A stretch of DNA of 21,005 nt from Candidatus Aenigmatarchaeota archaeon (GCA_043799675.1 JAZDNN010000001.1:1-21005), one strand, 5' to 3'; counted from the first letter of the stretch, positions 7,406 through 15,147 are shown. Notes: generated by a model not told the origin, from the sequence alone. A program made the numbers and translations.

Positions 7406-8980
7406 ATGATGAGACGCGGGTCCGTCATCCTTGCCGCGGTGCTTTCGCTTTCCTTTCTGCTCAGGTTGGCAATAGCATTTCAACCGATTGACACGCTTGC
7501 AACCAAGACGCTCCAGGACGACTCCTATTACGGTTTCGGCATCGCAAAATCGATTGCGGCAGGCGGCGGAATGACATACGACGGCTTCGATGAGACCAAC
7601 GGCTTCCAACCGCTGTGGACACTGATGATTTCCCCGGCATTCATGCTGTTATCCGGCGCCGATCCGCCGATAACCGCAGTGCTGCTGATTGCGGCCGCCG
7701 TGGATACCCTTGCGGTCGCGGCCTTGTATCTCCTGGGAAGGGATGCGTTCGGAAAACGTGCAGGTCTGGCAGGGTCGGCACTGTACGGGCTGAATCCTTT
7801 CATAGCGATGCAGACGATGTCGGGCATCGAAGTGCCGCTGGCAGTGCTGACGGTCGTCCTGTGTTTTCAGCTTTACCATAGGACAAGAGAAGACCTCAGT
7901 AAGGGCAGGGCGGCGATGCTGGGCGTTTTCATCGGAAGTGCGATGCTGACCAGGATGGATTCCGTCTTCGTACTTGCAGCAATAGCGGCGGCAGAGCTGT
8001 GGCGTGGCAGGAGAAACGTTCCCTCTACCCTCCGGACCCTGGCCATAGTCGGTGCCGTGGCGGCGACGGTTGTAGCTCCCTGGCTGCTGAGGAACATCCT
8101 TGTTTTCGGGAGCATCTCGCAGTCAAGTGCGACCGCAAACTATTACATATATCATGGCGTGACGGTCCCGCTGGCCGGTTATTACGGCACGGAAGATATT
8201 TTTTCAATAATCGCAAACAACGCGTACCGGGCGGCCGGTTCCATTGCGAACCAGTTCGGGTTCATCATTAACAGCCCGTTATCAGCAATACCCGTGATGA
8301 TGATTTTTGCCGGATTGCTCGCGTGGGCGGGAAGCAGAAAGATGCCTACGGTCCCGGTTTATGCGGCAGCCGTGTTCGCCTTCTACATACTCTTCATGTG
8401 GGTGGTGCAGATACGGTATTTCACGGCAACGGTCGCATTGTTCTCGGTTTTGGCGGCAGCCGGTCTGCATGAATTCAGGCCGCGCCTGTTGCTGCCGGCA
8501 GTTGCGGTCATTCTGGTATTCATGGCGGCATCCGGATGGGTCCAATGGCAGGCCGGCTATTACAACTGGGCAAGCGAGACGATGAAGGAGACCGCGTGGA
8601 TAGGGAACAACACGCAACCCGATGACGTGATAGCCGCATTCAACTCCGGAATGATATCGTATTATTCCGGCAGGCACACCGTGAATCTCGACGGCGTGGT
8701 CAATTCCGAGGTGCTGCCGTGGATTTCCAATCATTCCGTCGCGGCCTACATGCTGGAGAAGAACGTGACCTATTGGGTGGATACCGACCCGTTCAACAGG
8801 GCGGTGGCGCAGAAAATAACCGACGGAGAGCCATATGACATCATTACAGACAACAAATGGAGCGAGGCGTTAGGTGATTCAACAGGGAAATTCCGCCTGC
8901 TTGAACAGCATCACCTGATGTACAGGCAGCTCTCCGGTGCGACGGAACCGGTCGTATTCTTCCGCGTGAAGGTCGCCTGA
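7406..8980 (+). CDS. GT-C fold polytopic membrane glycosyltransferase (ArnT/PMT-like)
   Basis: TM1 then QDDSYY, TNGFQPLW, SGIEVPL, LTRMD, PWLLRN, RY, and C-terminal WIGNNT..NSG..YYSGR..NLDGVVN domain. Confidence 0.82.
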   Translation: MMRRGSVILAAVLSLSFLLRLAIAFQPIDTLATKTLQDDSYYGFGIAKSIAAGGGMTYDGFDETNGFQPLWTLMISPAFMLLSGADPPITAVLLIAAAVDTLAVAALYLLGRDAFGKRAGLAGSALYGLNPFIAMQTMSGIEVPLAVLTVVLCFQLYHRTREDLSKGRAAMLGVFIGSAMLTRMDSVFVLAAIAAAELWRGRRNVPSTLRTLAIVGAVAATVVAPWLLRNILVFGSISQSSATANYYIYHGVTVPLAGYYGTEDIFSIIANNAYRAAGSIANQFGFIINSPLSAIPVMMIFAGLLAWAGSRKMPTVPVYAAAVFAFYILFMWVVQIRYFTATVALFSVLAAAGLHEFRPRLLLPAVAVILVFMAASGWVQWQAGYYNWASETMKETAWIGNNTQPDDVIAAFNSGMISYYSGRHTVNLDGVVNSEVLPWISNHSVAAYMLEKNVTYWVDTDPFNRAVAQKITDGEPYDIITDNKWSEALGDSTGKFRLLEQHHLMYRQLSGATEPVVFFRVKVA

Positions 8981-8996
8981 ACACAGGCAGGTCGCG

Positions 8997-9004
8997 TTTA
9001 TAAC
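8997..9004 (+). promoter_or_regulatory. Putative TATA box (TTTATAAC) for radical SAM gene 2
   Basis: Strong match to the archaeal TATA consensus in the 8981-9038 intergenic gap. Confidence 0.55.
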
Positions 9005-9038
9005 ATTTTCGGGTCACCTATTGGTCTATGGAAGGACG

Positions 9039-10427
9039 ATGTCTGTGAAAGTATTGTTGATAAGGCCGCCGTCGAGCCAGGGAGAACTGACGAAGACCTC
9101 GCTGTCGCAACACCCCATCAATCTGCTGTATCTTGCCGCTTACGTCAGGCAGTACGGTCATACGGTAAAGGTGATTGATTACGAGGCCGAAGGGTTCGAT
9201 ATCGAAACGATACTTGCTTTCGGTCCGGACATAGTCGGCATAACCGCGATGACCCCCCTCGTCAAGGCGGCGGCTGACATAGCGGGAAAGATAAAGGAAA
9301 GGATGAACCCCCTGATGGTCGTCGGCGGAAACCACGTCACGGCGATACCAACGGAGACTTTGGAAGAGTTCCCGGTATTCGACATAGGCGTGGTCGGCGA
9401 AGGCGAGGAAACGCTCAAGGAGATATGCGGCGGCAGGCCCCCGAAGGAAATAACCGGCATCGTCTATCGGGACGGGAATAAAATAACCGTAAACGGGACG
9501 CGGCCGCAGACGGATGACATAGATTCGCTGCCGTTCCCTGCCAGGGACCTCATAGACATGAAGAAATACAAGGGGGCATCCACACCCGGCCTGTCAAGGG
9601 AGTTCCTGAACATCACCGAACTCTACATAAACCGCGGGTGCAGCTGGGGGCTGTGCACTTTCTGCGCCTCCATGGCCATGCACCACAAGTTCAGGATGCG
9701 TTCCATCGATAATGTCATGGGGGAGGTCAGGGAATGCATCGACAGGTACGGTATCAATCATTTCACCATAGACGATGACACGCTCACGACCTCAAAGGAA
9801 AGGACCATGGAATTCTGCGACAAAATAAGACCGCTGAAAGTGACATGGGACTGCGATTCAAGGGTCACCGTCGACAAGGAGATGCTCCAGCGGATGAAGG
9901 ATTCGGGATGCAAAAAAATCGCTTTCGGCGTGGAATCCGGCTCCCAGCGGATACTGCAGCTGATCAAGAAGGGCATCACGATCGGGCAAATCAAGGACGC
10001 GTTCAGGTGGTCCAAGGAAGTCGGAATCGAGACGTCCGCCTTTTTCATGATAGGCTCCCATCCCGACGAGACCCGCGAGGACCTGGAGGCGACGAAGCGG
10101 CTCATTGCCGAGATAAAGCCCGATTTCATAACCGCCTCGATTGCCGTCCCCTACCCCGGCACCGAACTGCGGAAACAGATGAAAGCGAGGAACCTCGTTT
10201 TCAGCGACGATTGGGCCGCGTACGCGTTGTACAACATCTCACCCGTCTGGAGGACAACGCATTTCTCCTCGGACGAACTTCTGAAGACGCAGATGGAAAT
10301 GATAAAGAATTTTTACATGAGACCGAGCTATGTGATAAGGCGGTTGCTCAGGGTGCGAAGCATAGGGGAAATGAAGTACTGGGCAAAGGCTTTTTTCGGC
10401 GCCAGGAAGACCGTATTGAAGAAATGA
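9039..10427 (+). CDS. Cobalamin-binding domain radical SAM enzyme; start ATG 9039 or GTG 9045
   Basis: KVLLIRPP, HPINLLYLAA, VGGNHVT, VGEGE B12-binding domain; NRGCSWGLCTFC (CxxxxCxxC); IDDD; GVESGS; PYPGT. Confidence 0.9.
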   Translation: MSVKVLLIRPPSSQGELTKTSLSQHPINLLYLAAYVRQYGHTVKVIDYEAEGFDIETILAFGPDIVGITAMTPLVKAAADIAGKIKERMNPLMVVGGNHVTAIPTETLEEFPVFDIGVVGEGEETLKEICGGRPPKEITGIVYRDGNKITVNGTRPQTDDIDSLPFPARDLIDMKKYKGASTPGLSREFLNITELYINRGCSWGLCTFCASMAMHHKFRMRSIDNVMGEVRECIDRYGINHFTIDDDTLTTSKERTMEFCDKIRPLKVTWDCDSRVTVDKEMLQRMKDSGCKKIAFGVESGSQRILQLIKKGITIGQIKDAFRWSKEVGIETSAFFMIGSHPDETREDLEATKRLIAEIKPDFITASIAVPYPGTELRKQMKARNLVFSDDWAAYALYNISPVWRTTHFSSDELLKTQMEMIKNFYMRPSYVIRRLLRVRSIGEMKYWAKAFFGARKTVLKK

Positions 10428-10440
10428 ACGGATTGTTTTC

Positions 10441-11109
10441 CTAATTCGCGGCCTTCCTGAACACAAGGAACCAGCCGGTGCTGAATCTCGGAAAAAGCGA
10501 ACCCAGCTTCTTATCCAGTCCGTAGAACGGCCTATAATCCCTTATCGCCCATCCTATCGCTTCGGACAGCATGGGTCTCGGTTTCATCTCCAACAGGGTG
10601 AACCCGTGTTTTTCCGCCATGCGTACGAATTCCGAGGGGTTCCACCAGTGTCTGTGGTCCTCCAGACGGAAGAAGAAGTTCAGGACATTCCATGCGGAAA
10701 AATAGTTCGGGTTGGATACGACCAGCAGACCTTCCCGCTTGAGCGAATCGCTTATCCGCTTGAGGCAGGCGTCCGGGTGCACAAGGTGCTCGATTATATC
10801 CAAGGCAATCACGACATCGAATTTCTTCCCTGTTTCGAACGTCTCGGCGTCCCCGACGTTGAATGTCGCATTCCCCAAGGTCGACCTCTTAGCTTTTGCT
10901 ATCCTTTCCGGATTCCTGTCTATTCCGTGAATTTTCCACCCCTTGTCCGCGAAGAAGGAAAATATTCCGAATGCACAGCCCACGTCCAGCAGGTCAATAT
11001 CGCCCTTCCCGTATTTTCTCACCATATCGCTTACGGACTCGTACTTGTACAGGATATCGTACCGAACCTTCGTTCCGGTTATTTTTTCATACGTACTGGC
11101 GTCCATCAT
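10441..11109 (-). CDS. Class I SAM-dependent methyltransferase (UbiG/Methyltransf_23-like)
   Basis: LLDVGCAFG (motif I), GIDRN, FDVVIALDIIEHL, LKREGLLVVSNPN, H..WW. Confidence 0.9.
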   Translation of the reverse strand: MMDASTYEKITGTKVRYDILYKYESVSDMVRKYGKGDIDLLDVGCAFGIFSFFADKGWKIHGIDRNPERIAKAKRSTLGNATFNVGDAETFETGKKFDVVIALDIIEHLVHPDACLKRISDSLKREGLLVVSNPNYFSAWNVLNFFFRLEDHRHWWNPSEFVRMAEKHGFTLLEMKPRPMLSEAIGWAIRDYRPFYGLDKKLGSLFPRFSTGWFLVFRKAAN

Positions 11110-13140
11110 TCAAACGACCTGGTATATCTTGACCTCGGAATTGCTGAAGACGTTCCTGAAGTGCTGCAAACCCTCACCTTCAAGGAAGTACATTCGCGTG
11201 AATAATGAGTTCCTGAGACTGGGGGGGATGACTATTATTGCGCTTCCTCCGGGGGCTATCCAGACAGTATACGGGAGCGTCTGATTGTTCAGCCTGAGGT
11301 TGGACGAGGTTACCATGGATTTTACGGAATCTATGTCTGCCTGACTCACCGTGGTGGCCTTCCCGTTCATTATTATCTCCTGCATCGGATAGGCGTTGCG
11401 GCCCTGTATGACCACAGGTACCGGCCCGAAGCCCGTCGTCTGTATCACATCTATTCCGTTGTAATCCAGTAGCACCGATTGCCCGTCTTGGGATTGCTTG
11501 GCGCTACTGTAGCCAAGCTGGCTGAAAAGCTCGCATTTTGCGTCCGTCTTGGGATCGCAACCGGTCCCGAAATACTGCAGCCACTGGAACTTGCTGACAA
11601 GGTCGTTGCTGGCTATCCAGTATATTTCGGGACTGGTTCCCTGGTACTTGCGCAGAATCGAGACGGCCTCGTTCTCGTCCGATGTGACAAAAACCTTTCC
11701 GAGATCTGTTATGCGGTCGTTTATGGTGTACTTGCATTCGTTGCCGCAGTGCGCACCGTCGGCTATGACCCTCCGTTCGCCAAGCCCGGTTATCATATGT
11801 CCCGGGTCCCACCAGGTGCCGACGAGGCTGTTCTCAGGAGTGGTACGCAGATACGCCCAGGCGGCTTCCCAGTTCTGACTTATATCCGGTCCGAGATACT
11901 GCGACATGACAAGGCCTGCAGACAGTCCGGCAGCACCTATCAGGAAACCAAGGCCCAGCACAATGGAGCGCTGGAACGAAGCCGATTTCGTATTGATTAT
12001 CAAATGCCCGAACCCAACCCCCGCCGCGACCAGCAGAAGACCGGAAGAGAACTCGGTGAAACGTATGCCGCGGGTCACCGCGAAAATCCCTGTCCCGGCC
12101 AGCGAAAGCAGGAACGCGAATTCCGCCTTGTCCCTGCGCCAGGTACCAACGGCCCCTGCCAGAATGACCCCTACGAGGGCCAGCATCATCATGTTGTCAA
12201 CCGTTCCGTCGCCGCTGACAAAGCGCCCGACCGCCGTCATCCAGGTCGACGGGTCCAGCATGTCGACGGTCTGAAGCTCCGCAATGCTTATGTTCACTAT
12301 CCATACTTCGGCATGCTGGGCGAATCCTATCAGTCCGGACAGGTCGCTCAATGCGTTGCCTCCGAACACGGTAACGCCTACAAGAATAGCGACAAACAGG
12401 GCGGCAAGGGTAGCTGCCATGCCGCGGATCTGTTTCCATTCCTCCCCGCGGACACCCGTTTTGTTCCTGCTTTCCCTGATGAACGTGACGATGGCATACA
12501 GCATGACGGCACCGGCCAAAATGATGAAAGTGAACCAATACATGGCCCAGGCGATGGCGAACGTGAGGAAGCATCCGGCAGCCAGGCAGAGGTTTGCTGG
12601 CGTGCGCTTCCTGAGCGCGACCACTCCCGCCCACAATGTGAGAAGGATGAAGAATATCGCAAGCTGGTCGGTGTCAAAACTGGCACCGAAAGTTCTGGTG
12701 AGTATTTGCGGCGCGGAGCCGACGAGCGCAGCCGAAAGCAAGCCGCCCCATCTGTTTGAAAGGGAGCGGGCAAGCAGGAAGGCAGGAATCACCGCCGCCG
12801 CCCCGTATACCGCGGAAGCCCATGAAGCGGTGGTCATGAGACCCCAACCAAACCCCTTCATTACCCACCAGATCGCAGCCGTCATATAGAATATGAACGG
12901 GGAATATCCGAAGACGGGCCTTCCCGTATAATAACTGAGTTCGTCCCATGCCGGCAGGATGCCGTGCTCGGCGAAATATCGCGTGAACCTGTACTGGAAA
13001 ATAGGGTCGAAGCTCAGCAGCCTGTCCGGCTGGTTGTTCACGGCGCGTATCCACCAGCTGAAAACAAAGATGATTGCCAAAGCGGCCGCCACCGCAAGCA
13101 GCTTCAATCTCGGGTCTTCAATCTTCAGAGCCAACTTCAA
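11110..13140 (-). CDS. aglB: Oligosaccharyltransferase AglB/STT3 (TTG start)
   Basis: LSFDPIFQYR, DELSYYTGR, FDTD (DxD), SIAE (TIXE-like), WWDPG at 11800-11814, DLGK (DK motif), multiple TM helices. Confidence 0.95.
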   Translation of the reverse strand: MKLALKIEDPRLKLLAVAAALAIIFVFSWWIRAVNNQPDRLLSFDPIFQYRFTRYFAEHGILPAWDELSYYTGRPVFGYSPFIFYMTAAIWWVMKGFGWGLMTTASWASAVYGAAAVIPAFLLARSLSNRWGGLLSAALVGSAPQILTRTFGASFDTDQLAIFFILLTLWAGVVALRKRTPANLCLAAGCFLTFAIAWAMYWFTFIILAGAVMLYAIVTFIRESRNKTGVRGEEWKQIRGMAATLAALFVAILVGVTVFGGNALSDLSGLIGFAQHAEVWIVNISIAELQTVDMLDPSTWMTAVGRFVSGDGTVDNMMMLALVGVILAGAVGTWRRDKAEFAFLLSLAGTGIFAVTRGIRFTEFSSGLLLVAAGVGFGHLIINTKSASFQRSIVLGLGFLIGAAGLSAGLVMSQYLGPDISQNWEAAWAYLRTTPENSLVGTWWDPGHMITGLGERRVIADGAHCGNECKYTINDRITDLGKVFVTSDENEAVSILRKYQGTSPEIYWIASNDLVSKFQWLQYFGTGCDPKTDAKCELFSQLGYSSAKQSQDGQSVLLDYNGIDVIQTTGFGPVPVVIQGRNAYPMQEIIMNGKATTVSQADIDSVKSMVTSSNLRLNNQTLPYTVWIAPGGSAIIVIPPSLRNSLFTRMYFLEGEGLQHFRNVFSNSEVKIYQVV

Positions 13141-13172
13141 TCAAACCAACTTAGAACTAAGAGGGAACAATG

Positions 13173-13180
13173 CTTTTAAA
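13173..13180 (-). promoter_or_regulatory. Putative TATA box (TTTAAAAG) for aglB
   Basis: 32 nt upstream of TTG 13140, in the intergenic gap. Confidence 0.45.
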
Positions 13181-13197
13181 TGTGAGCGAACGGCGGA

Positions 13198-13326
13198 CTA
13201 CCAGTCCATGTCCTCTTCTTCCTCAGTCGCTTCCACGGTCGGCTCCTCGCCCGTTACCTCTTCCTCAGGTTCCTCGGACACTTCCTTCACTTGCTTCTTT
13301 GCCGCCTTTTTTTCCTTAATGGCCAT
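13198..13326 (-). CDS. 42-aa microprotein with basic N-terminus and acidic C-terminus; unknown function
   Basis: Manual translation MAIKEKKAAKKQVKEVSEEPEEEVTGEEPTVEATEEEEDMDW*. SD GAGGTGA at 13331-13337 and TATA TTTATATA at 13359-13366. It fills an otherwise empty gap. Confidence 0.8.
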   Translation of the reverse strand: MAIKEKKAAKKQVKEVSEEPEEEVTGEEPTVEATEEEEDMDW

Positions 13327-13330
13327 CATA

Positions 13331-13366
13331 TCACCTCTTGCGATGCACGCTGCACATGTATATAAA
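13331..13366 (-). promoter_or_regulatory. TATA box (TTTATATA, 13359-13366) and Shine-Dalgarno site (GAGGTGA, 13331-13337) of the microprotein gene
   Basis: Consensus TATA preceded by a purine-rich BRE-like AAAAAC; SD 4 nt before ATG 13326. Confidence 0.75.
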
Positions 13367-13383
13367 GTTTTTGGTTTTCCGTC

Positions 13384-14400
13384 CTAGAAGGGCCAATACA
13401 GGACCCAGACAGTCGCACAAACGACCAGTTCCGCAACAATCAGGAAAAGGACTATCCTCTTTTCAGTGAGATGCCCGATCCGCATCATCACATGCGTGAG
13501 TGAATAGACCTTCGGATACGGCAGTGCCAGCGTTCCGTCCTGCCGAAGGATACCGAAACTCTGCCTCTTGAAGCAGCCCCGCGATTTGAGCATGAGTTCA
13601 AGGAACCAAGGTGCGAACGAAAGGACGGCGAACCTTTCCATATTACCTATGACGGCCACCGTGGCCACGGCCGCGCCGATTATGTACGATACGCTGTCAC
13701 CCGGCATTATCCTTGCGGGATACCTGTTCCAGACGAAGAAGCCTGCCAACGCTCCCGCGAGCGGAAGGGCAATGGTCATTGCGGCCGTTTGCCCGTTCAC
13801 CGCCGCAAAAAGGCCCAGGCTCCCCAGCAACACTGCACCGAGACCGACCTCAAGACCGTTCAGACCGGCCAGCATGTTGGTGGCATTCGATGCGCCGACC
13901 ACCGCGAGAGGAACGAGCAGGAGGGGGAAAAGTATGCCGAAATTTATTGCACCGAAGAACGGGACAACCATCGTTGCCTCTCCCGCCATGATGGCCATGA
14001 GAGGGATTGCGGCCGGAACCATCAGCAAGGGCTTGGCCCATTGCGGGAGGCCTATCCGTTTGAAGCCCGTCTTTCCGTCCGTCTTCTTCAGCATCGAGAA
14101 GAGGTCGTCGAAGAATCCGATGAACGCGGCTATGAGAATCGTTGAAAGCGCCGCCAGCGCGGCCGGCAAGTTTTCAAATCCGCCGTAGACGAACACCTTC
14201 ATCCAGATGAACCCGAAGGAACCTATCAGGGCACCGCAAAGTATGGCCACCCCTCCGCTCTCCGCTATCCGCGGCTTCGTGGCCTTGTGTATATCCACGC
14301 CGGTCAGGCCTATCCTCTCGTTGAAGGCTATCAGTTTCGGAGTCACGGCCGCGGTTGTCGCGAAAGCCAGGATCACGGCTATCAGCAAAGTAAACGACAT
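13384..14400 (-). CDS. aglH: UDP-GlcNAc:dolichyl-phosphate GlcNAc-1-phosphate transferase (AglH/Alg7/DPAGT1 family)
   Basis: GVDIHK..AESGG, IGFFDD, NATNMLAGLNGLE, WNRYPARIMPGD, YSLTH; polytopic; close to aglB. Confidence 0.9.
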   Translation of the reverse strand: MSFTLLIAVILAFATTAAVTPKLIAFNERIGLTGVDIHKATKPRIAESGGVAILCGALIGSFGFIWMKVFVYGGFENLPAALAALSTILIAAFIGFFDDLFSMLKKTDGKTGFKRIGLPQWAKPLLMVPAAIPLMAIMAGEATMVVPFFGAINFGILFPLLLVPLAVVGASNATNMLAGLNGLEVGLGAVLLGSLGLFAAVNGQTAAMTIALPLAGALAGFFVWNRYPARIMPGDSVSYIIGAAVATVAVIGNMERFAVLSFAPWFLELMLKSRGCFKRQSFGILRQDGTLALPYPKVYSLTHVMMRIGHLTEKRIVLFLIVAELVVCATVWVLYWPF

Positions 14401-14420
14401 CCCGATAGAACGGTTCCCTA

Positions 14421-14428
14421 CTTTTAAA
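14421..14428 (-). promoter_or_regulatory. Putative TATA box (TTTAAAAG) for aglH
   Basis: 20 nt upstream of ATG 14400. Confidence 0.6.
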
Positions 14429-14446
14429 CTTCTCGGAATCAGCGGT

Positions 14447-15118
14447 TCACCCGCGCTTCAGCCGCCACTTCAGGCCTTCATGCGTTATGAAGAACAGGAT
14501 TCCCGCGACCATGCGTACACCCCGCAAAAAACCGGATTTGTGGTTGTATCTGACGATGACGGGCACGTTGGCTACCCTGAGCCCGTTCTTCACGGCATCG
14601 GCCAGCATGCCGTTCTCGATTATGTATCCGCCGTGGAAGTTCAGCTTGGAGGACACGCTTTCCCTGACTGCTATAAGGCCGCAGTTCGTGTCAGACAGGT
14701 GCGTACCGAACATCAGGTTGAAGTCGGTCTTCCACACCCAGTTCCCCAGCCGGTGGCGCAAGGGCACCTTTGACCAATCGCGGGAACCCATTACAACGTC
14801 CGCCTTTCCTTCTATCAGCGGTTCCAAGACCTTGAGTGCCTCCCGCGGTTCGTACTGCATGTCCGCGTCCATTATGACCACAAATTCCGCTCGCTTTTCC
14901 AGGGCGGTAAAACCGGTCCGCAAACCTTCCCCCTTGCCGCGGTTGGAGCCGTGCTTCACCACCTCGGCGCCCGCAGCCTTGGCCAGCTCGGCCGTTCTGT
15001 CCTTGGAGCCGTCATCAACCACCAGAACGATGTCCGCCCAGGGTTTGCAACCCCTGACAAGCTCGGCGATGTTTTTCTCCTCGTTGAACGCGGGAACCAA
15101 AGCGGCAATCTTCAGCAT
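14447..15118 (-). CDS. GT2 polyprenyl/dolichyl-phosphate glycosyltransferase (DPM1-like)
   Basis: VPAFNEE, VVDDGSKDRT, NRGKG, MDADMQY, DVVMGSR, DTNCG. Confidence 0.92.
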   Translation of the reverse strand: MLKIAALVPAFNEEKNIAELVRGCKPWADIVLVVDDGSKDRTAELAKAAGAEVVKHGSNRGKGEGLRTGFTALEKRAEFVVIMDADMQYEPREALKVLEPLIEGKADVVMGSRDWSKVPLRHRLGNWVWKTDFNLMFGTHLSDTNCGLIAVRESVSSKLNFHGGYIIENGMLADAVKNGLRVANVPVIVRYNHKSGFLRGVRMVAGILFFITHEGLKWRLKRG

Positions 15119-15139
15119 ACAACCGCTTCGGTTCAGAGA

Positions 15140-15147
15140 TTTTTAAA
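15140..15147 (-). promoter_or_regulatory. Putative TATA box (TTTAAAAA) for the DPM1-like GT2; contains the rtcA stop codon
   Basis: 21 nt upstream of ATG 15118; the rtcA TAA (15143-15145) lies inside it. Confidence 0.55.

Noticed and set aside
7358..7609. N-terminal extension of GT-C1 in the ORF track
   Set aside because: Overlaps the divergent gene head-to-head, does not look like protein sequence, and spans the TATA box.
11479..12759. 426-aa plus-strand ORF antisense to aglB
   Set aside because: Shadow ORF with no recognisable motifs, fully inside a well-supported gene; long antisense frames are common with GC-rich codon usage.
13201..13320. TCC/TTC-rich low-complexity tract as a repeat array
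   Set aside because: Explained by Glu and Lys codons on the minus strand; no regular repeat-spacer structure.
12959..13387. Ser-rich plus-strand ORF
   Set aside because: The Ser runs are the antisense reading of the Glu-rich microprotein, whose strand has the TATA box and SD site.
13659..13670. Perfect 12-bp palindrome CCGTGGCCACGG
   Set aside because: Inside aglH and explained by Ala/Val/Thr codons; a single copy.
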